Shown here: positions 25,136-36,654 of the stretch, one piece after another
How positions within the stretch are numbered: position 1 is the first letter of the stretch
How the letters are laid out: each line of letters begins with the position of its first letter
Origin: Escherichia coli
Lineage (GTDB): Bacteria > Pseudomonadota > Gammaproteobacteria > Enterobacterales > Enterobacteriaceae
NCBI RefSeq assembly: GCF_013315695.1
Contig: NZ_CP054353.1
Reading direction: 5' to 3' (one strand)
Length of the DNA stretch: 64,000 nucleotides
Made by a program: the position numbers and the translations under genes
Notes under the pieces: model-generated
What the model was told of the DNA's origin: nothing
The model's database searches: none
The model's input: only the letters and a program-made list of their open reading frames with translations

Positions 25136-25756
25136 TTATAAGAAAGGCTTCACATCACCTACGCCTTCACGCACCACGACCGGCGTATCATCGGTAAGAT
25201 CAATAACCGTTGTCGGTTTCTGCCCGAGATAGCCACCGTGAATAATCAAATCCACCTGTTTTTCCAGACGGTCTTTAATTTCTTCCGGATCGGATTCGGT
25301 AAATTCACTGCCTGGCAGCATTAGCGAAGTGGAAAGCATCGGTTCGCCCAATGCTTCAAGCAGCGCCTGCGCAATCGGGTTAGACGGCACACGCATACCG
25401 ATGGTTTTGCGTTTTTCCTGCAACAGACGGCGTGGCACTTCCTTCGTCCCCTTCAGGATGAAGGTATAGTTGCCCGGCGTGTTGTTTTTCATTAAACGAA
25501 ACGCAACGTTATCGACAAATGAATAGGTCGAGAGTTCAGAAAGATCGCGACACATCAGGGTAAAGTTGTGACCGTCCGGCAGCTGGCGAATACGACAAAT
25601 ACGCTCCATGGCGTTTTTATCTTCAATTTTACAGCCGAGCGCATAGCCGGAATCAGTTGGATAAACAATCACCCCGCCTTTACGCACGATCTCCACCGCC
25701 TGGTTGATCAGACGTTGCTGCGGGTTATCAGGATGAATATAAAAAAACTGGCTCAT
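25136..25756 (-). CDS. yciO: YrdC/Sua5-like dsRNA-binding protein YciO
   Basis: Start at MSQFFYIHPDNPQQRLINQAVEIVRKGG... within ORF 25136..25792. Confidence 0.9.
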   Translation of the reverse strand: MSQFFYIHPDNPQQRLINQAVEIVRKGGVIVYPTDSGYALGCKIEDKNAMERICRIRQLPDGHNFTLMCRDLSELSTYSFVDNVAFRLMKNNTPGNYTFILKGTKEVPRRLLQEKRKTIGMRVPSNPIAQALLEALGEPMLSTSLMLPGSEFTESDPEEIKDRLEKQVDLIIHGGYLGQKPTTVIDLTDDTPVVVREGVGDVKPFL

Positions 25757-26634
25757 AATTCCCTCTCTGTGGTGTTCTGCGGCTGTTCCCATAGCTGCCA
25801 GACGCCTTCAACGCCTGCGGGCAGCCAGAGTTTACGACCCAGTTCGATCCACGGGCATGGCTGATGAAAATCAGATCCTTGTGATGCCCATAAATGATGC
25901 TGACGCGCAAGTGTCGCCAGCTGGGTGCGTTCATTGGGCGATTGCTGGCACTGCGCGACTTCCATCGCGTCGCCGTGGTGTTCAGCAAAATGCGCAACCA
26001 ATCTTTTCAGCCATTTAGCACTAAGATTGTACCGCCCAGGATGAGCTAGCACCGCCTTACCGCCAGAATGATGAATGACATCAATAGCTTGTTCTATTGT
26101 ACACCACTGTGGCGGAACGTATCCGGTTTTCCCGCGCGCCAGATATTTTTTAAAGACATCCGCCATTGAACTGGCTTTGCCGCACTCCACAAGGAAACGA
26201 GCAAAATGACCGCGCGTCACCGCACCGCCCTGCGCCAGTCGTTGCGCGCCTTCCAGTGCCCCAGGTATTTGCGCTTTTTCAAGTCTTTCGGCAATCAGCT
26301 GCGCCCGCTGATTGCGCCGTTCTGTCTGCTGCGCGAGGAACTCACACATTAGCGGATGAGTAATATCAATATTCAGCCCGACAATATGAATTTCATGATT
26401 TTCCCAGACCGTGGAAATTTCCACGCCGGGAATAAGATTCAGCGCCAGTCCCGAACGTGAAATTTCCTCTCTTGCTGGTGCAATTGCAGCTGTGGTGTCA
26501 TGGTCGGTGATCGCCAGGGTGCCGACGCGCATCTCGACTGCACGGCGCACCAATGCTTCTGGCGTCAGGCAGCCATCGGAAGCTGTGGTATGGCTGTGCA
26601 GGTCGTAAATCACTGCGTAATTCGTGTCGCTCAA
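25753..26634 (-). CDS. yciV: PHP-domain 5'-3' exoribonuclease (RNase AM; TrpH/YciV)
   Basis: 293-aa ORF with PHP motifs (HSHTTASDG ... DHDT). Confidence 0.9.
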   Translation of the reverse strand: MSDTNYAVIYDLHSHTTASDGCLTPEALVRRAVEMRVGTLAITDHDTTAAIAPAREEISRSGLALNLIPGVEISTVWENHEIHIVGLNIDITHPLMCEFLAQQTERRNQRAQLIAERLEKAQIPGALEGAQRLAQGGAVTRGHFARFLVECGKASSMADVFKKYLARGKTGYVPPQWCTIEQAIDVIHHSGGKAVLAHPGRYNLSAKWLKRLVAHFAEHHGDAMEVAQCQQSPNERTQLATLARQHHLWASQGSDFHQPCPWIELGRKLWLPAGVEGVWQLWEQPQNTTEREL

Positions 26635-26709
26635 GGCGCACTCCCGTTCTGGATAATGTTTTTTGCGCCGACATCATAACGGTTCTGGCAAATATTCTGA
26701 AATGAGCTG

Positions 26710-26744
26710 TTGACAATTAATCATCGAACTAGTTAACTAGTACG
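26710..26744 (+). promoter_or_regulatory. trp promoter (-35 ttgaca, -10 ttaact) with TrpR operator palindrome cgaactagttaactagtacg
   Basis: Canonical trp promoter/operator sequence read directly upstream of trpL. Confidence 0.9.
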
Positions 26745-26771
26745 CAAGTTCACGTAAAAAGGGTATCGACA

Positions 26772-26816
26772 ATGAAAGCAATTTTCGTACTGAAAGGTTG
26801 GTGGCGCACTTCCTGA
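26772..26816 (+). CDS. trpL: trp operon leader peptide
   Basis: 14-codon [17 protein letters not shown] with tandem Trp codons. Confidence 0.95.
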
Positions 26817-26857
26817 AACGGGCAGTGTATTCACCATGCGTAAAGCAATCAGATACC

Positions 26858-26887
26858 CAGCCCGCCTAATTAGCGGGCTTTTTTTTG
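26858..26887 (+). terminator. trp attenuator (3:4 terminator hairpin)
   Basis: cagcccgcctaattagcgggc followed by T8. Confidence 0.9.
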
Positions 26888-26907
26888 AACAAAATTAGAG
26901 AATAACA

Positions 26908-28470
26908 ATGCAAACACAAAAACCGACTCTCGAACTGCTAACTTGCAAAGGCGCTTATCGCGACAACCCGACTGCGCTTTTTCACCAGTTGTGTGGGGAT
27001 CGTCCGGCAACGCTGCTGCTGGAATCCGCAGATATCGACAGCAAAGATGATTTAAAAAGTCTATTGCTAGTGGACAGTGCGCTGCGCATTACAGCATTAG
27101 GTGACACTGTCACTATTCAGGCACTTTCCGGCAATGGCGAAGCCCTGTTGGCATTACTGGATAACGCCCTGCCTGCGGGTGTGGAAAATGAACAATCACC
27201 AAACTGCCGCGTGCTGCGCTTCCCTCCTGTCAGTCCATTGCTGGATGAAGACGCCCGCTTATGCTCCCTTTCGGTTTTTGACGCTTTCCGCTTATTGCAG
27301 AATCTGTTGAATGTACCGAAGGAAGAACGGGAAGCGATGTTCTTTGGTGGCCTGTTCTCTTACGACCTGGTCGCAGGATTTGAAGATTTACCGCAACTGG
27401 CAGCGGAAAATAACTGCCCTGATTTCTGTTTTTATCTCGCTGAAACGCTGATGGTGATTGACCATCAGAAAAAAAGCACCCGTATTCAGGCCAGCCTGTT
27501 TGCTCCCAATGAAAAAGAAAAACAACGTCTCACTGCTCGCCTGAACGAACTTCGCCAGCAACTGACCGAAACCGCGCCACCGCTGCCGGTGGTTTCCGTG
27601 CCGCATATGCGTTGTGAATGTAATCAGAGCGATGAAGAGTTCGGTGGCGTGGTGCGTTCGTTGCAAAAAGCGATTCGCGCCGGAGAAATTTTCCAGGTGG
27701 TGCCATCTCGCCGTTTCTCTCTACCCTGCCCGTCACCGCTGGCGGCTTATTACGTGCTGAAAAAGAGTAATCCCAGCCCGTACATGTTTTTTATGCAGGA
27801 TAATGATTTCACCCTGTTTGGCGCGTCGCCGGAAAGTTCGCTCAAGTATGACGCCACCAGCCGCCAGATTGAGATCTACCCGATTGCCGGAACACGCCCA
27901 CGCGGTCGTCGTGCCGATGGTTCACTGGACAGAGACCTCGACAGCCGCATCGAACTCGAAATGCGTACCGACCATAAAGAGCTTTCTGAACATCTGATGC
28001 TGGTGGATCTCGCCCGTAATGACCTGGCTCGCATTTGCACACCCGGCAGCCGCTACGTTGCCGATCTCACCAAAGTTGACCGTTACTCTTACGTGATGCA
28101 CCTGGTCTCCCGCGTTGTTGGTGAGCTGCGCCACGATCTCGACGCCCTGCACGCTTACCGCGCCTGTATGAATATGGGGACGTTAAGCGGTGCGCCGAAA
28201 GTACGCGCTATGCAGTTAATTGCCGAAGCAGAAGGTCGTCGACGCGGCAGCTACGGCGGCGCGGTAGGTTATTTTACCGCGCATGGCGATCTCGACACCT
28301 GCATTGTGATCCGCTCGGCGCTGGTGGAAAACGGTATCGCCACCGTGCAAGCCGGTGCTGGCGTAGTCCTTGATTCTGTTCCGCAGTCGGAAGCCGACGA
28401 AACCCGTAATAAAGCCCGCGCTGTACTGCGCGCTATTGCCACCGCGCATCATGCACAGGAGACCTTCTGA
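26908..28470 (+). CDS. trpE: anthranilate synthase component I
   Basis: 520-aa ORF, chorismate-binding family; operon context. Confidence 0.95.
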   Translation: MQTQKPTLELLTCKGAYRDNPTALFHQLCGDRPATLLLESADIDSKDDLKSLLLVDSALRITALGDTVTIQALSGNGEALLALLDNALPAGVENEQSPNCRVLRFPPVSPLLDEDARLCSLSVFDAFRLLQNLLNVPKEEREAMFFGGLFSYDLVAGFEDLPQLAAENNCPDFCFYLAETLMVIDHQKKSTRIQASLFAPNEKEKQRLTARLNELRQQLTETAPPLPVVSVPHMRCECNQSDEEFGGVVRSLQKAIRAGEIFQVVPSRRFSLPCPSPLAAYYVLKKSNPSPYMFFMQDNDFTLFGASPESSLKYDATSRQIEIYPIAGTRPRGRRADGSLDRDLDSRIELEMRTDHKELSEHLMLVDLARNDLARICTPGSRYVADLTKVDRYSYVMHLVSRVVGELRHDLDALHAYRACMNMGTLSGAPKVRAMQLIAEAEGRRRGSYGGAVGYFTAHGDLDTCIVIRSALVENGIATVQAGAGVVLDSVPQSEADETRNKARAVLRAIATAHHAQETF

Positions 28471-30065
28471 TGGCTGACATTCTGCTGCTCGATAATATCG
28501 ATTCTTTTACTTACAACCTGGCAGATCAGTTGCGCAGCAATGGTCATAACGTGGTGATTTACCGCAACCATATTCCGGCGCAGACCTTAATTGAACGCCT
28601 GGCGACGATGAGCAATCCGGTGCTGATGCTCTCTCCTGGCCCCGGTGTGCCGAGCGAAGCCGGTTGTATGCCGGAACTCCTCACCCGCCTGCGCGGCAAG
28701 CTGCCAATTATTGGCATTTGCCTCGGTCATCAGGCGATTGTCGAAGCTTACGGGGGCTATGTCGGTCAGGCGGGCGAAATTCTTCACGGTAAAGCGTCGA
28801 GCATTGAACATGACGGTCAGGCGATGTTTGCCGGATTAACAAACCCGCTGCCAGTGGCGCGTTATCACTCGCTGGTTGGCAGTAATATTCCGGCAGGTTT
28901 AACCATCAACGCCCATTTTAATGGCATGGTGATGGCGGTGCGCCATGATGCGGATCGCGTTTGTGGATTCCAGTTCCATCCGGAATCCATTCTTACTACC
29001 CAGGGCGCTCGCCTGCTGGAACAAACGCTGGCCTGGGCGCAGCAGAAACTAGAGCCAACCAACACGCTGCAACCGATTCTGGAAAAACTGTATCAGGCGC
29101 AGACCCTTAGTCAGCAGGAAAGCCACCAGCTATTTTCAGCGGTGGTGCGTGGCGAACTGAAACCGGAACAACTGGCGGCGGCGCTGGTGAGCATGAAAAT
29201 TCGCGGCGAGCACCCGAATGAAATCGCCGGGGCAGCAACCGCGCTACTGGAAAACGCCGCGCCGTTCCCGCGCCCGGATTATCTGTTTGCCGATATCGTC
29301 GGTACTGGCGGTGACGGCAGCAACAGTATCAATATTTCTACCGCCAGTGCGTTTGTCGCCGCGGCCTGCGGGCTGAAAGTGGCGAAACACGGCAACCGTA
29401 GCGTCTCCAGTAAATCCGGCTCGTCGGATCTGCTGGCGGCGTTCGGTATTAATCTTGATATGAACGCCGATAAATCGCGCCAGGCGCTGGATGAGTTAGG
29501 CGTCTGTTTCCTCTTTGCGCCGAAATATCACACCGGATTCCGCCATGCAATGCCGGTTCGCCAGCAACTGAAAACCCGCACCCTGTTCAATGTTCTGGGG
29601 CCATTAATTAACCCGGCGCATCCTCCGCTGGCGTTAATTGGTGTCTACAGCCCGGAGCTGGTGCTGCCGATTGCCGAAACCTTGCGCGTGCTGGGGTATC
29701 AACGCGCGGCGGTGGTGCACAGCGGCGGGATGGATGAAGTTTCATTACACGCGCCGACAATCGTTGCCGAACTGCATGACGGCGAAATTAAAAGCTATCA
29801 GCTCACCGCAGAAGACTTTGGCCTGACACCCTACCACCAGGAGCAATTGGCAGGCGGAACACCGGAAGAAAACCGTGACATTTTAACACGCTTGTTACAA
29901 GGTAAAGGCGACGCCGCCCATGAAGCAGCCGTCGCGGCGAATGTCGCCATGTTAATGCGCCTGCATGGCCATGAAGATCTGCAAGCCAATGCGCAAACCG
30001 TTCTTGAGGTACTGCGCAGTGGTTCCGCTTACGACAGAGTCACCGCACTGGCGGCACGAGGGTAA
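28470..30065 (+). CDS. trpD: anthranilate synthase component II / anthranilate phosphoribosyltransferase
   Basis: 531-aa bifunctional ORF (GATase plus PRT domain), overlapping trpE stop. Confidence 0.95.
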   Translation: MADILLLDNIDSFTYNLADQLRSNGHNVVIYRNHIPAQTLIERLATMSNPVLMLSPGPGVPSEAGCMPELLTRLRGKLPIIGICLGHQAIVEAYGGYVGQAGEILHGKASSIEHDGQAMFAGLTNPLPVARYHSLVGSNIPAGLTINAHFNGMVMAVRHDADRVCGFQFHPESILTTQGARLLEQTLAWAQQKLEPTNTLQPILEKLYQAQTLSQQESHQLFSAVVRGELKPEQLAAALVSMKIRGEHPNEIAGAATALLENAAPFPRPDYLFADIVGTGGDGSNSINISTASAFVAAACGLKVAKHGNRSVSSKSGSSDLLAAFGINLDMNADKSRQALDELGVCFLFAPKYHTGFRHAMPVRQQLKTRTLFNVLGPLINPAHPPLALIGVYSPELVLPIAETLRVLGYQRAAVVHSGGMDEVSLHAPTIVAELHDGEIKSYQLTAEDFGLTPYHQEQLAGGTPEENRDILTRLLQGKGDAAHEAAVAANVAMLMRLHGHEDLQANAQTVLEVLRSGSAYDRVTALAARG

Positions 30066-31427
30066 ATGATGCAAACCGTTTTAGCGAAAATCGTCGCAGA
30101 CAAGGCGATTTGGGTAGAAACCCGCAAAGAGCAGCAACCGCTGGCCAGTTTTCAGAATGAGGTTCAGCCGAGCACGCGACATTTTTATGATGCACTTCAG
30201 GGCGCACGCACGGCGTTTATTCTGGAGTGTAAAAAAGCGTCGCCGTCAAAAGGCGTGATCCGTGATGATTTCGATCCGGCACGCATTGCAACCGTCTACA
30301 GAAATTACGCTTCGGCAATTTCGGTGCTGACTGACGAGAAATATTTTCAGGGGAGCTTTGATTTCCTCCCCATTGTCAGCCAAATCGCCCCACAGCCGAT
30401 TTTATGTAAAGACTTTATTATCGACCCTTACCAGATCTATCTGGCGCGCTATTACCAGGCTGATGCCTGCTTATTAATGCTTTCAGTACTGGATGACGAA
30501 CAATATCGCCAGCTTGCCGCCGTCGCCCACAGTCTGGAGATGGGTGTGCTGACCGAAGTCAGTAATGAAGAGGAACTGGAGCGCGCCATTGCATTGGGGG
30601 CAAAGGTCGTTGGCATCAACAACCGCGATCTGCGCGATTTGTCGATTGATCTCAACCGTACCCGCGAGCTTGCACCGAAACTGGGGCACAACGTGACGGT
30701 AATCAGCGAATCCGGCATCAATACTTACGCTCAGGTGCGCGAGTTAAGCCACTTCGCTAACGGTTTTCTGATTGGTTCGGCGTTGATGGCCCATGACGAT
30801 TTGAACGCCGCCGTGCGCCGGGTGTTGCTGGGTGAGAATAAAGTGTGTGGCCTGACGCGTGGGCAAGATGCTAAAGCAGCTTATGACGCGGGCGCGATTT
30901 ACGGTGGGTTGATTTTTGTTGCGACATCACCGCGTTGCGTCAACGTTGAACAGGCGCAGGAAGTGATGGCTGCGGCACCGTTGCAGTATGTTGGCGTGTT
31001 CCGCAATCACGATATTGCCGATGTGGTGGACAAAGCTAAGGTGTTATCGCTGGCGGCAGTGCAACTGCATGGTAAAGAAGATCAGCTGTATATCGACACT
31101 CTGCGTGAGGCTCTGCCAGCACACGTCGCCATCTGGAAGGCTTTAAGTGTCGGTGAAACTCTTCCCGCGCGCGATTTTCAGCACATCGATAAATATGTAT
31201 TCGACAACGGTCAGGGCGGGAGCGGACAACGTTTCGACTGGTCACTATTAAATGGTCAATCGCTTGGCAACGTTCTGCTGGCGGGGGGCTTAGGCGCAGA
31301 TAACTGCGTGGAAGCGGCACAAACCGGCTGCGCCGGACTTGATTTTAATTCTGCTGTAGAGTCGCAACCGGGCATCAAAGACGCACGTCTTTTGGCCTCG
31401 GTTTTCCAGACGCTGCGCGCATATTAA
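30066..31427 (+). CDS. trpC: indole-3-glycerol phosphate synthase / phosphoribosylanthranilate isomerase
   Basis: 453-aa bifunctional ORF. Confidence 0.95.
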
Positions 31428-31438
31428 GGAAAGGAACA

Positions 31439-32632
31439 ATGACAACATTACTTAACCCGTATTTTGGTGAGTTTGGCGGCATGTACGTGCCACAAATCCT
31501 GATGCCTGCTCTGCGCCAGCTGGAAGAAGCTTTTGTCAGTGCGCAAAAAGATCCTGAATTTCAGGCTCAGTTCAACGACCTGCTGAAAAACTATGCCGGG
31601 CGTCCAACCGCGCTGACCAAATGCCAGAACATTACAGCCGGGACGAACACCACGCTGTATCTGAAGCGCGAAGATTTGCTGCACGGCGGCGCGCATAAAA
31701 CTAACCAGGTGCTGGGACAGGCGTTGCTGGCGAAGCGGATGGGTAAAACGGAAATCATCGCCGAAACCGGAGCCGGTCAGCATGGCGTGGCGTCGGCCCT
31801 TGCCAGCGCCCTGCTCGGCCTGAAATGCCGTATTTATATGGGTGCCAAAGACGTTGAACGCCAGTCGCCAAACGTTTTTCGTATGCGCTTAATGGGTGCG
31901 GAAGTGATCCCGGTACATAGCGGTTCCGCGACGCTGAAAGATGCCTGTAACGAGGCGCTGCGCGACTGGTCCGGCAGTTATGAAACCGCGCACTATATGC
32001 TGGGCACCGCAGCTGGCCCACATCCTTATCCGACCATTGTCCGTGAGTTTCAGCGAATGATTGGCGAAGAAACCAAAGCACAGATTCTGGAAAGAGAAGG
32101 TCGCCTGCCGGATGCGGTTATCGCCTGTGTTGGCGGCGGTTCGAATGCCATCGGCATGTTTGCAGATTTCATCAACGAAACCGACGTCGGCCTGATTGGT
32201 GTGGAGCCTGGCGGCCACGGTATCGAAACTGGCGAGCACGGCGCACCGTTAAAACATGGTCGCGTGGGCATCTATTTCGGTATGAAAGCGCCGATGATGC
32301 AAACCGAAGACGGGCAAATTGAAGAGTCTTACTCCATTTCTGCCGGGCTGGATTTCCCGTCCGTCGGCCCGCAACATGCGTATCTCAACAGCACTGGACG
32401 CGCTGATTACGTGTCTATTACCGACGATGAAGCCCTGGAAGCCTTTAAAACGCTTTGCCTGCATGAAGGGATCATCCCGGCGCTGGAATCCTCCCACGCC
32501 CTGGCCCATGCGCTGAAAATGATGCGCGAAAATCCGGAAAAAGAGCAGCTATTGGTGGTTAACCTTTCCGGTCGCGGCGATAAAGACATCTTCACCGTTC
32601 ACGATATTTTGAAAGCACGAGGGGAAATCTGA
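31439..32632 (+). CDS. trpB: tryptophan synthase beta chain
   Basis: 397-aa PLP enzyme (HGGAHKTNQ lysine motif). Confidence 0.95.
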
Positions 32633-33438
32633 TGGAACGCTACGAATCTCTGTTTGCCCGTTTGAAGGAGCGCAAAGAAGGCGCATTCGTTCCTTTCGTC
32701 ACCCTCGGTGATCCGGGCATTGAGCAGTCGCTGAAAATTATCGATGCGCTAATTGAAGCCGGTGCTGACGCGCTGGAGTTAGGCATCCCCTTCTCCGACC
32801 CACTGGCAGATGGCCCGACGATTCAAAACGCCACACTGCGTGCCTTTGCGGCAGGTGTGACCCCGGCGCAGTGCTTTGAGATGCTGGCACTCATTCGCCA
32901 GAAACACCCGACCATTCCCATTGGCCTGCTGATGTATGCCAACCTGGTGTTTAACAAAGGCATTGATGAGTTTTATGCCCAGTGCGAAAAAGTCGGCGTC
33001 GATTCGGTGCTGGTTGCCGATGTGCCCGTGGAAGAGTCCGCGCCCTTCCGCCAGGCCGCGTTGCGTCATAATGTCGCACCTATCTTTATCTGCCCGCCAA
33101 ATGCCGATGACGACCTGCTGCGCCAGATAGCCTCTTACGGTCGTGGTTACACCTATTTATTGTCGCGTGCGGGCGTGACCGGCGCAGAAAACCGCGCCGC
33201 GTTACCCCTCAATCATCTGGTCACGAAGCTGAAAGAATACAATGCTGCGCCTCCATTGCAGGGATTTGGTATTTCCGCCCCGGATCAGGTAAAAGCAGCG
33301 ATTGATGCAGGAGCTGCGGGCGCGATTTCTGGTTCGGCCATCGTTAAAATCATCGAGCAACATATTAATGAGCCAGAGAAAATGCTGGCGGCACTGAAAG
33401 CTTTTGTACAACCGATGAAAGCGGCGACGCGCAGTTAA
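32632..33438 (+). CDS. trpA: tryptophan synthase alpha chain
   Basis: 268-aa ORF overlapping trpB stop. Confidence 0.95.
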   Translation: MERYESLFARLKERKEGAFVPFVTLGDPGIEQSLKIIDALIEAGADALELGIPFSDPLADGPTIQNATLRAFAAGVTPAQCFEMLALIRQKHPTIPIGLLMYANLVFNKGIDEFYAQCEKVGVDSVLVADVPVEESAPFRQAALRHNVAPIFICPPNADDDLLRQIASYGRGYTYLLSRAGVTGAENRAALPLNHLVTKLKEYNAAPPLQGFGISAPDQVKAAIDAGAAGAISGSAIVKIIEQHINEPEKMLAALKAFVQPMKAATRS

Positions 33439-33442
33439 TCCC

Positions 33443-33470
33443 ACAGCCGCCAGTTCCGCTGGCGGCATTT
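33443..33470 (+). terminator. trp operon terminator
   Basis: cagccgccagttccgctggcggc hairpin followed by T-run. Confidence 0.8.
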
Positions 33471-33818
33471 TTACTTTCTTTAACGAAGCCGGAAAAATCC
33501 TAAATTCATTTATTATTTATCTTTTTACCGTTTCGCTTACCCCTGTCGAACGTCAACTTACGTCTTTTTTCCGCCCAACAGTAATATAATCAAACAAATT
33601 AATCCCGCAACATAACACCAGTAAAGTCAATAATTTTCTCTAAGTCACTTATTCCTCAGGCAATTGTTAATATATCCAGAATGTTCCTCAAAATATATTT
33701 TTCCTCTTTTTTCTCGTTACGCTTAATTTGACTAATTCTCATTTGCGACTAATTTTAATGAGTGTCGACACACAACACTCATATTAATCAAACAATGCAG
33801 CGCAACGGGAGAAATAAC

Positions 33819-33998
33819 ATGGCCGAACATCGTGGTGGTTCAGGAAATTTCGCCGAAGACCGTGAGAAGGCATCCGACGCAGGCCGTAAAGGCGGTCAGC
33901 ATAGCGGCGGTAATTTTAAAAATGATCCGCAACGCGCATCTGAAGCAGGTAAAAAATGCGGTCAACAAAGCGGTGGTAATAAATCAGGAAAATCCTGA
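33819..33998 (+). CDS. yciG: KGG-repeat stress protein YciG
   Basis: 59-aa ORF MAEHRGGSGNFAEDREKASDAGRKGGQHSGGNFKNDPQRASEAGKKCGQQSGGNKSGKS. Confidence 0.85.
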   Translation: MAEHRGGSGNFAEDREKASDAGRKGGQHSGGNFKNDPQRASEAGKKCGQQSGGNKSGKS

Positions 33999-34083
33999 TT
34001 CACCGTTCATTATTAATATCAGCTGATAAAGATAATTGCATCTGCGGGCCGTATGGCTCGCAGTGATTTCACTGGAGAAAAAT

Positions 34084-34584
34084 ATGAATATGAAGACCAT
34101 TGAAGATGTATTTATTCACCTGCTTTCAGACACCTACAGTGCAGAAAAACAATTAACACGTGCACTGGCAAAACTCGCTAGAGCAACATCAAACGAAAAA
34201 TTAAGTCAGGCTTTTCATGCGCACCTCGAGGAAACACATGGACAGATTGAACGTATTGATCAAGTTGTGGAATCAGAATCGAATCTGAAAATTAAGCGCA
34301 TGAAATGTGTGGCAATGGAAGGTCTTATTGAAGAAGCTAATGAGGTCATCGAAAGTACCGAGAAAAACGAAGTGCGTGATGCCGCACTGATTGCCGCAGC
34401 ACAGAAAGTCGAGCATTATGAGATTGCCAGTTACGGGACATTAGCGACGCTGGCTGAACAATTAGGTTACCGTAAAGCAGCTAAGCTTCTGAAAGAAACT
34501 CTTGAAGAAGAAAAGGCCACCGACATCAAACTAACTGATCTGGCCCTTAATAACGTAAATAAGAAAGCCGAAAATAAAGCCTGA
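34084..34584 (+). CDS. yciF: DUF892/ferritin-like protein YciF
   Basis: 166-aa ORF MNMKTIEDVFIHLLSDTYSAEKQLTRALAKLARATS... Confidence 0.9.
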   Translation: MNMKTIEDVFIHLLSDTYSAEKQLTRALAKLARATSNEKLSQAFHAHLEETHGQIERIDQVVESESNLKIKRMKCVAMEGLIEEANEVIESTEKNEVRDAALIAAAQKVEHYEIASYGTLATLAEQLGYRKAAKLLKETLEEEKATDIKLTDLALNNVNKKAENKA

Positions 34585-34629
34585 AATATGAACTTTAACT
34601 TTTAGTCATTTTATAAAGAGGACATTTTC

Positions 34630-34921
34630 ATGAATCGTATTGAACATTATCATGACTGGTTACGTGACGCCCACGCAATGGAAAAGCAAGCCGAATCTAT
34701 GCTTTAATCCATGGCCAGCCGTATAGATAATTATCCTGAACTACGCGCTCGTATTGAACAACATCTTAGTGAAACCAAAAACCGATTGTTCAACTGGAAA
34801 CTATTCTTGATCGTAATGACATTTCACGTTCAGTCATTAAAGATTCCATGAGTAAAATGGCTGCGCTTGGGCAGTCAATCGGTGGTATATTTCCTTCTGA
34901 TGAAATAGTCAAAGGCTCTAT
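34630..34921 (+). pseudogene. yciE: yciE pseudogene: in-frame TAA at codon 26, 1-bp deletion frameshift, 3' end removed by IS1
   Basis: MNRIEHYHDWLRDAHAMEKQAESML* then YciE-like sequence continues in the same frame (SMASRIDNYPELRARIEQHLSETKN), then shifts frame (…SVIKDSMSKMAALGQSIGGIFPSDEIVKGS) until the IS1 end. Confidence 0.8.
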
Positions 34922-34976
34922 GGTGATGCTGCCAACTTACTGATTTAGTGTATGATGGTGTTTTTGAGGTGCTCCA

Positions 34977-35252
34977 GTGGCTTCTGTTTCTATCAGCTGT
35001 CCCTCCTGTTCAGCTACTGACGGGGTGGTGCGTAACGGCAAAAGCACCGCCGGACATCAGCGCTATCTCTGCTCTCACTGCCGTAAAACATGGCAACTGC
35101 AGTTCACTTACACCGCTTCTCAACCCGGTACGCACCAGAAAATCATTGATATGGCCATGAATGGCGTTGGATGCCGGGCAACAGCCCGCATTATGGGCGT
35201 TGGCCTCAACACGATTTTACGTCACTTAAAAAACTCAGGCCGCAGTCGGTAA
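34977..35252 (+). CDS. insA: IS1 InsA
   Basis: Identical translation to copy 1. Confidence 0.95.
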
Positions 35253-35674
35253 CCTCGCGCATACAGCCGGGCAGTGACGTCATCGTCTGCGCGGAAATGG
35301 ACGAACAGTGGGGCTATGTCGGGGCTAAATCGCGCCAGCGCTGGCTGTTTTACGCGTATGACAGGCTCCGGAAGACGGTTGTTGCGCACGTATTCGGTGA
35401 ACGCACTATGGCGACGCTGGGGCGTCTTATGAGCCTGCTGTCACCCTTTGACGTGGTGATATGGATGACGGATGGCTGGCCGCTGTATGAATCCCGCCTG
35501 AAGGGAAAGCTGCACGTAATCAGCAAGCGATATACGCAGCGAATTGAGCGGCATAACCTGAATCTGAGGCAGCACCTGGCACGGCTGGGACGGAAGTCGC
35601 TGTCGTTCTCAAAATCGGTGGAGCTGCATGACAAAGTCATCGGGCATTATCTGAACATAAAACACTATCAATAA
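35171..35674 (+). CDS. insB: IS1 InsB
   Basis: Identical translation to copy 1. Confidence 0.9.
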
Positions 35675-35888
35675 GTTGGAGTCATTACCGTGATAAACAT
35701 CCGGTTTCTTCCACCATCGCACCGGACAGGCGACTATGAGGGGACAACGCCGCGCTCCGTTAACGCGGTAAACCCCGGTGTGTATCGTTTTTGATTATCC
35801 CCGCACACTCGCGCAGAGGAGTCTCCCTGTCGGGCTGCGGTCTCTGTTAATGAGGGAATACAGCGACGATACGGCGCATCAACAAAAC

Positions 35889-36356
35889 TTATTTCAGGCA
35901 CTGAGTACGGATATATTCCTGCGCCCCTTCCAGTTGCTTCTGCATCGTCATCAGCCGCTCTCTGAGGGTGAAATAATCCCGTGTAACGGTGTCTGCCAGT
36001 TGGGGGCCGGTTGCATTATCCACGCGGGCGGTGCCGGTGGCTTCACGCACGGGACCTGGACAGGTGGCGTTGATACGCAGGCGCTTACGACCAGCGGCAA
36101 CGTCAGCGCGAAGAGTTTCATTTTCAGCTTTCGCATCAGCTAACTCCTTCGTGTATTTTGCATCGAGCGCAGCAACATCACGCTGACGCATCTGCATGTC
36201 AGTAATTGCCGCGTTCGCCAGCTTCAGTTCTCTGACATTTTTGTCGCGCTGGGCTTTGTAGGTAATGGCGTTATCACGGTAATGATTCAGCCCCAGACTA
36301 AGCGCACCACAGGCCACCAGCAGGGCAATGATGACCACGCACAGTACGCGGTTCAT
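35889..36356 (-). CDS. i-spanin Rz
   Basis: 155-aa ORF …[70 protein letters not shown]… closely resembles lambda Rz. Confidence 0.9.
   Translation of the reverse strand: MNRVLCVVIIALLVACGALSLGLNHYRDNAITYKAQRDKNVRELKLANAAITDMQMRQRDVAALDAKYTKELADAKAENETLRADVAAGRKRLRINATCPGPVREATGTARVDNATGPQLADTVTRDYFTLRERLMTMQKQLEGAQEYIRTQCLK
35951..36136 (-). CDS. o-spanin Rz1 lipoprotein (embedded in Rz, +1 frame)
   Basis: 61-aa [25 protein letters not shown]…[32 protein letters not shown]; lipobox and Pro-rich, lambda Rz1-like. Confidence 0.85.
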   Translation of the reverse strand: MRKLKMKLFALTLPLVVSACVSTPPVQVPCVKPPAPPAWIMQPAPNWQTPLHGIISPSESG

Positions 36357-36357
36357 T

Positions 36358-36456
36358 TCACCACCAGCGTATCTGACCGATGAAATAACCGGAGGCCATA
36401 ATCACAAACACCAGCCAGATAAGAATGAACTTCCAGGTGGATAATTTTTCAGCCAT
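36358..36456 (-). CDS. possible 32-aa single-TM peptide between endolysin and Rz
   Basis: [35 protein letters not shown] read from sequence; stop two bases before the Rz start codon; below ORF-track cutoff. Confidence 0.3.
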   Translation of the reverse strand: MAEKLSTWKFILIWLVFVIMASGYFIGQIRWW

Positions 36457-36654
36457 CACTCGAATCTCCCGAATCAGTTTGCTAAAATCAAACACACTTT
36501 CTCCTTTGACTTTTCCGGAGTCAGGAAACACAAAACCCCGCTTGGTGCCAACAAACGGGGTTTTTACTTTTATTCACTTACGTTTCGCCAGTTCGCAGGA
36601 TTTCGTGTTATCCGCCCGCGTGGCCATGCCTTATTTTTCAGCAAAATATTCTGC

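Larger units (their letters stand above)
34922..35689 (+). mobile_element. IS1 insertion sequence, second copy in direct orientation, no target duplication
   Basis: Same IS1 ends and ORFs as first copy; flanking 9-mers aggctctat and gtgataaac differ. Confidence 0.95.

Noticed and set aside
35778-36143. 121-aa plus-strand ORF
   Set aside because: Antisense to the well-supported Rz/Rz1 pair; Gly/Ala-rich translation typical of a shadow ORF.
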